Source: Lingula anatina (taxonomy: Eukaryota; Animalia; Brachiopoda). Taken from it: 64,000 nt of DNA. Below are positions 1-12,449 of the stretch, in pieces. The translations under genes and the position numbers were made by a program. The stretch spans positions 14,694,001-14,758,000 of the forward strand of contig CM120640.1 in the NCBI GenBank assembly GCA_051362555.1, read 5' to 3'. Position 1 is the stretch's first letter, and each line of letters begins with the position of its first letter. Under the pieces are notes generated by a model. The model was not told where the DNA came from and did no database searches. It was given only the letters and a program-made list of their open reading frames with translations.

Positions 1-756
1 TTCTCATTGATACCTTCCAGTATGTACTACTTTGCACTATTGACCCACTGTACATATGATCCTTTATTCTGATGTGTGACATCAAGACTCTAGTCCATTT
101 TTGCTGGCAGAGACTTTCGTTCTCAAAGACAAACAAGGGACTGGTTTCTGTGTAAAAACAACTACATGTAACAAATATCGTGCAGCGTTTCGCGTCACGC
201 GTTTTGCCGTGTTTTTCACCCACTTACAATTTACCACTTACCATTTTCTTAATACAAGCAAATAGAGAGTGCCACGTGTTTGATGAACAAGAAACGTTTT
301 CTTTTATGCAATGTCCAAAACATGTAAACCGTACTAACTGGAAAAATATAATAGATAAAGAAATTCCAGATAAAGCATGGGAACTCGTGACGAGGCGACG
401 GGTGGATGAATATCGTTAATACAGAATAGATTATAAAAATCGTTGCAGAAGACACGTTTGGGCACAATATTTTTGATGATTGAAAACCGTTATGCCCGCT
501 TTCATCTTAAAAATAACTCAGGAGCGAAGTGTTGGAAACAAAGTCACACTAGAACGAGGGACGGGCCGTCGAGGCGGATTGGGAGGTGAAGGGGTTAAAG
601 GAGAGAGATGGGTTATTAAGAGAGGAAAATGCGTTTTTGCGTCCCTTCCTGCAAAGCTGAATTCTTCCCTTGAGAATCTGATTAAATCCAAAGGTCAAGC
701 CATCCATGTGGGGAAGATACATATGGTGTATAGTCGGGATACATAGTAGCATTCAT

Positions 757-968
757 AGGCCCAATTCACAACAGAGTTGATCCGCGGACTAACAGATCGG
801 CAGATCAAATATGGCGGACACCCTTGAGAGCAAGCCGCGTAATCACTGCGCGGAATCTATCCAGTGTTTGTTGGGGATTATGCGGGAAGCTTTCAAGTGG
901 GTCGGCCATGTTTGATCCGCGGATCTGTTAGTCCCGTAGATCAACGTTAACTCTGTTGTGAATGCTCT
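757..968. mobile_element. Palindromic MITE (PIF/Harbinger-like), copy 1 of 3
   Basis: Long imperfect inverted arms: ATTCACAACAGAGTT...GACTAACAGATC at the left and GATCTGTTAGTC...AACTCTGTTGTGAAT at the right. The core CAGATCAAATATGGCG recurs at ~20.4 kb and a related core at ~22.2 kb. Confidence 0.75.
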
Positions 969-1576
969 CATAGAGCAGCAGAACATCATTGTAATCGGGT
1001 TGGGGCTTGCAATTATAATCATCACATACAATTGTCAAGCAAAACTCTTTTTTTTTTGCGATTTGCTAATCTAAAAGTTATGTAAGGTCACGACTTAGAT
1101 GACGGTTCAAAAGTACACCATATGTCTTGTTTTCCTCGTTACCGACTGTGTTTCCACCAGTGTGACCGTCTAGCGATCGCGTGCTGCTACAACTGTACAC
1201 ATATCCAGTGTGTAGTTGGTCTTGTTTCATTTCCCAACAGAATGGAATTGATCCAGTTTATCCGGATCTTGTAAATTATAAAAATATATATATAGAAATA
1301 CTGGTCGTTTTTGAGTAATGGAACAGCTATTTTAGAAGCAACTGTTAATGAACTAAATAAGAACGATAGCATAGTGATTAGCTGAACAACATTCCAATTC
1401 TGCTTTCTTTAATCTTGTTGGAATTCTCAAATATTTTAAATGCTTGCGATATTGAACTCCCTTAACTGCGTGTACTAGCTTAAAGAGGTATATTGTGAAA
1501 TTCTAGGGAAAGGCAAATGCCAGGGGGTGAGGTATAGGTCATCAATTTAGAAGCTGGTTACCCTTGACTTGAATGA

Positions 1577-1608
<32 letters not shown>
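1577..1608. repeat. (CT)n microsatellite
   Basis: Imperfect CT dinucleotide run read directly. Confidence 0.9.
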
Positions 1609-2839
1609 TAGTTGGAATTCGTTTTCCTGCAGTGTCACGAAATTAATATTTTCATAACCCAAGATTCAGGTGTTTCATGATAAAATCGTAATACTGTTTT
1701 TTTTACAGAAACTTTTAATATACAGTTTACTTGTAACATCCTTTAGTTATAAAACGTCATGGGAATAATGTTGAGCTACTTTATTACATGAGATGTAGTA
1801 ACTTAGACACCTTAGACAATGGTATTTATTGTTCGAAATAGCTCGGTTATGCCAGACATCAGTTTATGTTAGCTGCTACTGAATTGGAAGATAGGATAAT
1901 ACCAATTAAGTACTGATCTTTATAACATATTCTTAATTAAAGCATTGACATGTGAAACAGCTGGGAATCATATCACTGTTCATATCCCAAGTGAAAACAA
2001 TTTTTCGATGGCACCTTCTTGAATAGTTAAATAAAACACGCTCTAGACAGAATAGACAACTTTATAGAGCAACAGAAAAAAACATGACTAGCCTGACGAA
2101 ATACCTGGGATTAAAACACAAAACTGCCATTAATAATTGAAAAGAAAAAGAAAAAGGATGAAGAGAGGCGGGGAATGTTTCAGATGAAAAAAAAGATCCG
2201 AAAGTTGCCCCCCCCCCCCCCCAACCCCCCATTACAAATGTTTTGCAGGATGGGGCCTGCTGCAGCAAGTCTTGAGTTTTGAGAGTACTGTAGGAAACAC
2301 ACACGTATCCTTTGCTACGCCCAGTACTGATAAAATCTCTTTACACCGTGTTTTGTCTAGCCTAAGAAATGGGTTCTAGCAGAGGCTTGGCAGAGCTGTT
2401 AGGCTTGCAGTAATTAAGCGAGATTAGCATCGTGGTCGCTGTTAATCGAACCTGTAGAGATGTATCCTATATGTGTCCTTTATTATATAACAAGTTATAC
2501 AAGTGCATAGAACGTCAATATCCAACAGGGGTCTTAGATGAATACATGCATGTAATAAGGGCGGTCAGAAAAAGAAACCATAGCAGCTAGGGTGGTCCTT
2601 CGGCACCACATTTATTAATGTAACCGGTAGTGTGGTTACACTTTCATTGCGTAGAAGACAAACTATTCAACGTCTTTTACACTGCTCTTTATTCTTCACA
2701 CACGGGATATAGGCAGTGGCTTGCATGCAGGAACGGTCGTCTCTGTGGTCTCCCGCAGGGTCTCTCTCTCTCTCTCTACCGTTTTTGACCAACCTTTGTC
2801 TGTACATATAGCCGTCACTCACCTGCGTCTGTCGTCGCC

Positions 2840-4069
2840 CTCGCAGTGCAATTTCAGTGATAACACGATAAGTGGAAAACCATTTTACCTTTTGTCTTCA
2901 TACTTACAGACCTTATGAATATTTATAAAATATAGGTACAGTTAAAATAATCAGCATGATCGGGCCATTTTTTTTCAAAAGTTATGTTGTTTTTATTCGC
3001 TTTTTTCAACATGTACGCAACACTGATAACATATTTCAAAGAAAACCCATGGGCCTATTGTCTTGAAACTCACAGGAGTGATCAATCTTACTGAACCGGA
3101 TATTTAAAATTGTTCTATTGATATTTTTCCCATCTTCACAATTTTCTTAGTTGATCATATAAAAATGAAGGTAAATCGATAATTTTGTATTATGTAAAAA
3201 AAAGTGTTGAAAATGGACGTTAACTGATTTCAGTACAGTTATATCTTGTTTACATTTTGGCATTTTCAAGGTGCGACTTTGAGGCTCCATGGGCCTGAAT
3301 GCCTTTGCTTGTCACATTTTATAAATATCCATATCACCTGCAGTGCAAGATTGGTGGTGATTATGCTATTAAGCATTTAAAATATTGCATCTAAATTGAA
3401 GAAAAACCTATTTTGGGCATTGCCACCATAGTGACCATAAAAGGAAAACCATGTCACTATTCTCAAATTTACAGGAAAGAAACATAGGACTAAAATATAG
3501 ATTCAGTTGGAAAATCATTCTGATTGTTTCATTTTTCTGGAAGTAATACAGTTTTTTTGTGACATTTTAATATTTCACGTATTGGCATTTTCAAGGTATG
3601 ACTTTGAACTTCCATGGACTTGAAAACCTTTGCTAGTCTATGAATGAATATCCATAATACTTATGTTTATGATTTTATTATTAAAAATTGATGCTCATTA
3701 TGCTGTTAAGCATTATATAATAATATTGCATCAAAATTGAAGAAATCCCTATTTTGTACACTGCTGCTGTGATGACCATTAAGGAAAAACCATGTTACTT
3801 ATTATTCTCAAACTTAAGAAAAAAGAAACATTGGACTAAAATACAGCTTGAGTTGGAAAAGCAGTCTAATTGGCTTCTAGAGGTTATACATTTTTGTGAA
3901 TATTTCATTTTTCACATATTGGTATTTTCAGTTTGAGACTTAAGATTCCAACTGGGATCAGCCTGATTGGTAATCAAATTTTCTAAATGTCCATGTTATG
4001 TAAAGTAGATAATTAAAAATTGGTGGTAATTATACTGTTAAACATTATATAATATTGCATTTAAATTGA

Positions 4070-4114
<45 letters not shown>

Positions 4115-4230
4115 ACTTTGTACTCTGCCACCGCAAATGTTATGAAAAGAAAACTGTTACTTACTTTTTTTAACTAACAAGAATGATTCCAAAAATTGAC
4201 ACACAGCTAAAATTGGAAAACCAGCTTGGT
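2840..4230 (+). mobile_element. Interspersed repeat (Helentron/Helitron-like, non-autonomous) with about three ~330-bp tandem units
   Basis: A unit starting TTGG(C/T)ATTTTCA recurs at ~3257, ~3582 and ~3919. Segment ~3010-3085 resembles 19270-19345 of the element in MFSD12 intron 6. A reverse-complement copy lies at ~51380-52015. Boundaries are approximate. Confidence 0.6.
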
Positions 4231-4899
4231 TGGTATGTAATTATTTTCTGCTTTTTAGCCGTACATTTGACAGCTTTGCTGCCTTGTTTTATATAGAATC
4301 AGGTGGAGGGGGGGGGGGGGGTCCTGTGAGCCACAGACATCCAGTTAGTGAATCAGATTTCACTTTAATTACATGTTTCACAAATAAACTTTTGGTTATA
4401 CTTGGACACTGGCTAACAGTTAATTGAACAATGTATTTTTACTAGAATAAATAACAATGTCCTTCGTGTAAACAACATATGACTACAAGCATATATGTAT
4501 TTGCCTTGCCCCTAACATGAATACACTTCAGGGCTAGGATTTTCATAACAATCATGCTGGTGGTACATGTACAATAATCCTGGGTCATTCAGAGTGATCT
4601 GTATAATTTAAAGAAAATCAGAATACAGGATTTTATAATAGGTTTCTGCTGCCTTTTCAGAAACAACGATTCATGCAGCTATCACGCTACCAAGCAGGAA
4701 GATGCCTTATGCAGAATACAACTAGCAATCTGTGGTTTGTTACCATATTCAACGAGATGGGATTAATTCTTAAGAAATCTTTGAAGTTCTGTTTTTGTGG
4801 TTGCACAATGAAATTAGTACCCTCACAATTAAGAAGTTTAATAAAGTTTGCATGTCCATGGTTCGTTGGCTTAACCTATGCTGACGATAGACAAACCGC

Positions 4900-5215
4900 T
4901 TAAAGAAAACCACTGTAATACAATACAAAGTTGCATTTCAATATAGCTACTTTGCATTGCCTAAAGAGTAAAATCTTCATTGTTAATAAAGTTGTACTAT
5001 TTTGCTGGTTTTTTTTTTCTGTTTTGCCAGATTCGTTGAATATCATTAGTTTGAACTTCTCATTTATATGAAGTTGCCACTTTTTTCTTAAGAGAATATT
5101 ACAGAAACCAAACTTTTTAGAAAAAAAACAGGGACTAACTTTGAATGTGGGAATGGATTCATTTACCATTAGTATGGGCATATATTGTCCTTTACTCCAG
5201 GAAAATCCATTTTTG
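4900..5215 (-). mobile_element. Partial copy of the TTAA-flanked MITE at 53891-54230
   Basis: TTTTTAGAAAAAAAACAGGGACTAACTTTGAATGT...AATGGATTCATT is the reverse complement of ~53970-54020. Termini are not recognisable here. Confidence 0.65.
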
Positions 5216-6180
5216 TCTGTCTGTGTGAATTTTTTTTGCCCTTTTGTAATTTCTTTAAAATTTTTGTCTTTTTGTAATTTCTTTTTAAGAAAACAATTGA
5301 AACCTTTTTATTCTGAAAATTTAATGTCCATGACCTTTATTTTCGTCATATTTACCAGTTAGAGAGAATCATTTGGCACTTTCACTTTTAAAATCTCTTC
5401 AAAATATTCATAATAGTCATACTTAAATGCATATAAAATCAAAATCTGATAATTATAATGCATACAACTTTTCATCATCCCTCCTGCTTATATACTATTG
5501 ATAGATCTACTGCTGTCTATAATCTTGAACCTAGTCTAATAACTGACTGATTGTACATACGGAATTGACCTTTAACAGATACACCAAGAGCCAGTTTGAT
5601 GTATAATATCCACAAATGTGAAGCACTAGTGGCTGTTTCCATGGAGGTATATCTTTTCTACCTCCTTGATATAGCATACGTGTATGTACATCATGTTGAT
5701 CAGTGATGTACCTGACTTACTGCTGTGAACAAAAGATCCAGGAGTAATATAACTCATGGTGTGATGAGTACTTATACTAGATATGACTGTGGATCATTTG
5801 TTCCCAACATCTGCTGTAGTATGCTTCAAACACTCATCGATAAATCCGAACTCTTGGCCAAATAAGCTCAAAAAGAGAGAAATGTCACACAGAGGTGTGA
5901 AGGTTTGTGTTTCTGTTTCAGTTCTTTTAATCTCTCTCTTTCTCTCGCTTTATCTTGATGCTTAAACTTTTTTTCTGGATCACTATTGTAATTAAAATAA
6001 TAAATAATTGTTTTTCAGGTTGAGAAAAAATCCATTTCTTGTTATAAACTCAATAATTTCCCTAAGGCAAATTATTCAAATTATTTTTGATTTTCACAAA
6101 CAAATAATTCTAAATTAATCATCACAAAATTAATGCCATATTGAAATAAGTTCAGTCTAGCACTGTTTTAACATTAGACC

Positions 6181-9100
6181 TCACATTGGACCTACATGGT
6201 ACTTATTGATGATCATTTTGATTTTGTCCATAGAAATGTTGGCACCACAGGATATAATGGCCACATTCTGGTCCTTGAACTTCTCTGGCTCCTGCATAAA
6301 TGCTCCAATGGCTGTGCCTGCTGCCCCCTCCACAATCTGAATAAGAAATTACCAGTAGAATTTTTTAATGTAACCTTTCATTTCAATTTGCAGCACTTTT
6401 CAAAGGGAACACATGTTTATAACATTATCAATTTATTATCTATATAAGTTTATGTATACACCGAAGAGGAGGATGGGCAAAAGGGAGCAACTGATTCAAG
6501 AACTTATTGAATATTAAGGAGGGCAACTTACTGTCATTTATAAGGGTACATATCAAAGAAAGAAGACTTATGATTCAATATAAACTTGGTATTTTTACAC
6601 GTTGATGTTGAAATGCAATTTATGAAAAACCATGAAACAAGAAAAAGAACAAAATGAAATCAAGTCCAGATGAGCAGGAGTCACCTGCATGTCTCTGCTA
6701 TCACATGAATTTATCGTTTCTCTCTTCAAATAGCTCCTTGACAAATGAAGCTAATTAACTTAACTGCATTAAAATTTGTCAATGACTTTAAAATGATACC
6801 ATCGTTTATCTCTGAGTTAAAAAGAATCAAAATAATTACATTTCTATATACATGTCTGCAGGTTAATAAAATAATATAGTAGGAAATAAATATTATTTTG
6901 AGGGGGGGGGGGGGAAGGCAACAACTCATCAGCTCTGGCAAATCACACGTTCTAAATCCTGAAATTACATTCTATTACACTCTGATAATTAGAATTTTGT
7001 CCTGCAGCACAATTCCATCAGTTTTCTGAAAAAATTAGCTTTAATAACAGCTCTATATTAAAAAAAAAAAAAAACATAATCATTTAATACTTCTTGTACC
7101 TATATTATAAATTACATTTATAGAATGCAATTTTCTTGAAAACTTTTATTTACAAAAAAATAAAAATAAATAAATAAATAATTTTTTTTAAATCATGCTG
7201 ATGACTTTGAACAGGTTATCAACTTTTCTGTTTTTATGTATTATGTCTAATAAATAAAAAGATTATACAGCAATGAGTATTATGTATTTTTAACCAGGTT
7301 TCCTTTGGGTTTAATTAGGTTTAAACCAGGTTTAGTACACCTGGATGCATTTAAGCCAGACTAATTAATTCTTTTTTTAAACCAGTCATACTAACATATA
7401 ATACTCAGTAATGAATTCCAGGAAATCAGAATGCTGTTGACATGCATTTTCCACTCCTTTCCTACTCAAGTACTGCACTTTGCCTTGGTGTACATTCATC
7501 TGCCCAAACACTAGAGCCTCACCTAGCACACCAGCTACCATTGCAGCATGATGGTCTCACCTAACACACTCACCCTGTGATGGTGTTCCATCATGAAGTA
7601 GATTGCCCTTTCTATCTGCTCCTCTGGCACCAGGATCCACTCATCTATGTATTTTTTGCAAAATTCGAAGGTCACCTTGAAACGAGCAGACAAGAAATTT
7701 AAGATCAAAACTTTTAAGCTGTTCAAATCATGCAGGGGATAGGGAAATGGCTCAAATACTTTCTACAGGAGATATGTAAGATGTTCAATTAAGTTTGCAT
7801 TACATGCCATCATAAAATGCAATAAATGATGAATCCGAAATGTTTAATGCAAGATGAAGTTCAATTATTAAAAGCACAACCATTTGTCAGACTCATTTGT
7901 TTGTGTGAATACTTGATGAGGATTAAAATTATACTGTATGGCCACTTGTTTCAAATGCTTCAGATGATCCTAAAAAGCAGATTGTAGTGATTAATCAGAG
8001 AAAAAAATAAAATCTAAGCTAATAGGCTGTTTTTGGTTTGCACAGGTTCCAGCCTCTTTTCTTTTCCTCCAAAACATAGTAAGTTCACCTCGTTAACTTC
8101 TAAAAAAATTTACAGATTTATAAGTAAAACCTACTGCCCATGATTTTAAACTTAGTCTTCCCTTCTGGAACTCACCGAGCCTTCTTCAATTCCCCCAGCA
8201 GTGCCATCAGACAGAGTGTCTCCAGAGTCTTCAAACAATATCCTTCCCGCTTTGACACATTCAAACATCACCTTGGACAAGCTGGGCTGACAACCAATGA
8301 TCTGAGCAAATTTTGAAATGTATGTACATCATTATATGCAATTACTTTACTACCTGTATGTCTATTTAAGTTCATATTCATTTTTATTAGCTTTAATTAG
8401 TCAGCAAATTTCATGGTTTTAAGATTTATCTGTAATATTTGTAAGCAGAGCTGCGATGTTTATACAGAGCACAGTTTTAAGATATTAATTGTCATTTTTA
8501 TAAATAAATGTACAAAAAATTACAATATATCATATTTTAAAATTACAACAAACCAGTGCATGTCATCCCCCCCTCCCCCTACTTACTCTCACTTCTGGCT
8601 TTACGTGCTTCATGAATGCAGCTATCCCAGATACCAACCCTCCCCCGCCCACTGATATCAACACAGTGTCTACATCAGGCAGGTCCTCAAAGATCTCAGC
8701 TCTAAAAAGACAGAGGCACACAGACTTAATGGATGGGGCCATAGCAATAGTCCAATGGTTCATTGGTCTGAAGGTCCGATAGTCTGAATTAATGCATGAA
8801 TAAAATGTTTAGTTTACAGGTAATAAAGTAAAGTTCATCAGAGGCACGTACAATATTTCAGTTCAATGATCCTTCGGACCAATGAAGCTTTGGATTCTCG
8901 AGATGCCCCCCACTGGACTGTAAAGACTGTCAGACATTTTCCATGTGTGCATGTAAAAATATTTACCATTCCATCCCCTTCCCCTCATTTTTGATGGAAT
9001 ACTTGCTATAAGCAATCTTTGTGCATTCAGTGACATTCATGGATGGAGGTCTAAATCAAAGTTTTCTTTTATATCCATTAAAGTTGGAAGGCTACATGAC

Positions 9101-10784
9101 TTTTGCTATGCTGCATACCACTAAAGACTTTCATTAAAAATATTTTCAATGATAGAATATTGACAGCCGAGTTGTTTAGAACTGAACATAGCATACAATA
9201 AATTATTTTAATTAATACAAGGTCAAAAAAGGGCTTTGTCACTTTATCATGCTGTTTACTATGACATACCCAATAGTCCCCTGGCCAGCTATAACATCAA
9301 GGTCATTGTATGGTGAAATGTATGTCGCCCCTTTATCCTGAAACAAGTGTGCTGTCATACATAAGTATGTATACAGTAATTACTTTATCTTTTCAATGCT
9401 ATCAATAATCAGTCTTTTAGGTACATCATTCTGCATTGAATAGAACTATAAAGTAACCTGCTTTTTTGACTTTAAAAGATAAAGTATCTGTAAAATTCAA
9501 AATCTTCCTCATTTAAAAAACTGAGTCATTTGCATACACCTTCCTTTGTCATCTACCCTTTACTTTAGACTTCCTTCACTATACCTGGGATATTACTGTA
9601 AAAGATTGGTTATGGTTGCTATACTGTAAATTCAACTAATGGTCTCAACTTTAAATTAGATGAAACATTACAATTCTAATTACCAGAGCTGTCTGTCTGC
9701 CTTTTTTCTCTGTCTCCACACAGTCCATGCCGTGGTAAAGCAGGCTGACACCTGTCAACTTCAGTTTTTCATTTTTAGAACTGGAAACATTCTCTGGGAT
9801 AAAAATGGTTCCTTGAACTCCAAGGGTTTGCATGGCATGTGTCTATGGTACAAAAACAAGATTGCCACTTCATTTGCAATGATATTCAAGTGTGAGAAAT
9901 TTCAGGGGGTTTTTTTCATTAAGCTCCTAGTTCTTACAATTGTATTGGTTTAAGTTAATCATTAGACATATGTATTGGGCAAGTCAACATCACTGAAAAA
10001 GAAAAAATCGCAAGTAGAAACATTGCTATTCTAATTACCAAACAGGGGTGGGTTGACCGTCTTTTGGGTCTTTCTGAAGACTTTAATGATCAGATTCTCA
10101 AGTTTACATTGAGGAGTATCTAATTTTTTCTGTCTGAAGATGGTCAAATATGGAAGATTGATCAACAAAGATAATTTGTAGGACTGTTAGAAAATTTTTT
10201 CTAGATCCACCCCTGCCAAAATGTACATGTACTGTATATACCAAAAGCACATCTTAACTTACACAAGCCAGTGCATGGTTGCCCGAGGAAGAAGTGATTG
10301 GTCCTTGCTCTTTGACTGCAGGATCTTCTTCCAGCAGTTTGCTCAACTTGTTAAATGCTCCTCGTGCTTTCATTGAACCCGTCACCTGCTCATTTTCTGC
10401 AAATCAAAGGATAAAATTAAGAAAACACATTAATCAGATTATGAAATATACACGCAGACATGCCCAACTATTATTTTAGATTTTTTATAACAGACTGAAA
10501 TATGGTACATGAAAGCATGTATAATCAGAGGCAGTTAAAAACCTATAACTCTTCTACTTTTACTAGCATAGTTTTTGTTACTCAGTATTTTGTACATGTA
10601 CATGAAAGATGATACTAATATTTAATTTACAGTTACCCATCTTTAAGTAAACCCTGCACTGTCCTTGATGACTCAGCACAGGGGAATATTCCAAGGGAGT
10701 TCTTCTCACATAACGCTTTATTCTCTGTTGAGCAGCTAGGATATTTGAATGGAGAGTTGGCAAACTGAGATCCACATCTGCCAT
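6181..10784 (-). CDS. PLP-dependent serine/threonine dehydratase / serine racemase-like enzyme (fold type II), 335 aa
   Basis: Eight exons: 10784-10637, 10396-10263, 9842-9684, 9337-9270, 8701-8587, 8301-8176, 7675-7574, 6336-6181. They join through GT-AG introns into a 1008-nt ORF. Motifs: [23 protein letters not shown] (PLP lysine), [29 protein letters not shown] (phosphate loop), TLSDG, VEGAAG, SCGANI. No ACT regulatory domain. Confidence 0.92.
8735..8910. mobile_element. Short MITE in a dehydratase intron
   Basis: Ends GGGGCCAT...ATGCCCC with internal inverted TTCATTGGTCTGAAGG / CCTTCGGACCAATGAA. Confidence 0.55.
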
Positions 10785-11099
10785 TGCCGTTTCACTTTCA
10801 GAGTAGTGACTGGTAACTTCTGGAAAATGTAATGACTTTTATGTTTAGATGTTTAACATAATTTGGCTGAGTGAGCCCAAACCGGACCCAAACCTGGCCG
10901 ATCAAAATTCACTCTTACTGCACAGAGGATGTCTAACTGTTTAATTAAAAATATGAGCATTTTAATATAAATTTTCACCTTTTTTAAAATTAAAATTAAA
11001 AGCACTTAGAGTCTATTCATAATGTTTTAATGTAAAAACCAACTCTTCGAAAGGGTTTCATGAGTACATATATTTACCAGTGTGTTAAAAACAAAATTT

Positions 11100-11620
11100 T
11101 CCCGCGAAGAGTACTTTTGAAATATAATACCGCACGAGTGGTTCCCCACCACCTATAATCTATTCAACGCACGAGTCCTAATCTTCTTTCAAAAGAGATT
11201 GTAAACGAAGATCTATCTAGGTCAAGAGAAGTCAAGGTCGGTCTCGGACATAAAACTGTGACAATAGCATTCAGGTCACGATGTAGGCATGATGTCGATG
11301 ATTCAAAGTGCCTTACAAATGGAATGCAGAGTGTAAGTTAGACCGGGATATTACGATGTATCATTCTAACCATATTTACAAGGTTACATTCTTATGGCGA
11401 AGTGATAGTATCAACATCAATAAACCGAGCATTTCAGACTGAGATGCGAGAGAAAACTTTTAAAACCTCCCCCTTCCGTTTGTTTTTAGTTACACAATAC
11501 TAAATTAAATATAGCTATCACAAAAGTGGTTCGGTGGGCGTCTATCAGCAGATAAGCACGTGTTATTTATTGTAGCACGTGAATAGATGAAACGGTTTTA
11601 TATCAATATGTTTCAACTTT
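11100..11620. promoter_or_regulatory. Candidate shared bidirectional promoter / first-exon region of the dehydratase gene and MFSD12
   Basis: Locally CpG-enriched segment between two divergent genes. Both first coding exons begin with splice acceptors (~10819 minus; 13941 plus). It contains opposite-strand donors at 11311-11316 and 11333-11338 and two CACGTG E-boxes (11557-11562, 11576-11581). Confidence 0.5.
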
Positions 11621-12220
11621 AGTGGAATGTCTCTCGCACATACGGCGTCTGAAATCACATTGCTTGAGACTCAAGAGGAAACGTAGGTTCTTATTAATGA
11701 ATATGTTACATGTGCTTAATGTTTTGAAAGGCACTTGAAATGTGATGTGTATCATTTGTAAATGTCATTAAGTTGTTCCGTTTCCCCTGTTTAAATTCTA
11801 GTACATCTTTTATTTACTATATGTTCAGTGACGGCCAGATACTGCACAGTGAGCCACTAGTAGGTGCTATACATAAACACAGATGAGAAAGCTAATGGAT
11901 GCACAGGTATGTGTATACAGTTTCATATACCATATTGTTGTGCCAGTCATTTTGTACATTGTAGAGGCATTAATTATTTCCCATCTAAAATGTAAAGAAA
12001 AATGAAGAAATAAGTACACATCGATCTCTACCAGGGGCAAACTTGTTGATGATTTTATTTTTATGCAGAAATTCTTCCAGATTTGACATTCTACATGTGT
12101 ATCATGGATAATAATAATAATTATAGTTATAATAATAATCATAATCAAAATTATTATGTTTTAATGTGTACATGATATCAGTTGCTGATAATGTACGTAT
12201 AATACGGTAGATACATAATC

Positions 12221-12449
12221 ATCAAAATATTCATGTATCAATGTCTACATGATCAGCAACTGAACAAGTCTTAGATTATGTGGTACAGCAACTCATTATC
12301 AGTGTGAAGATGACATAAACTGTGTCCAGATCAAAATAATCATGTATCAATGTTTACATGATTTGCAGCTGAACAAGTCATGAATTATGTGATTCAGCAA
12401 ACACATTATCAGAGTGGTGATGGCATGATCTGTATCCAGATCAAAATGA
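12221..12449. repeat. Tandem duplication, ~110-bp unit, two copies
   Basis: ATCAAAAT..TCATGTATCAATGT.TACATGAT...CTGAACAAGTC...TCCAG starts at 12221 and 12330, with a third start at 12440 and a degenerate precursor near 12144. Confidence 0.8.

Noticed and set aside
180-752. Short ORFs at the window start
   Set aside because: No recognisable motifs, no consistent splice structure, and overlapping ORFs on both strands.
4071-4112. Long poly(A) run suggesting a retrocopy tail
   Set aside because: It sits at the position of a short A-tract within the ~330-bp repeat unit, so it is better explained as homopolymer expansion.
6100-6183. TGA stop of the dehydratase as possible selenocysteine or readthrough
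   Set aside because: The protein is already complete for its family, the downstream frame is AT-rich and non-coding in character, and no SECIS was recognised.
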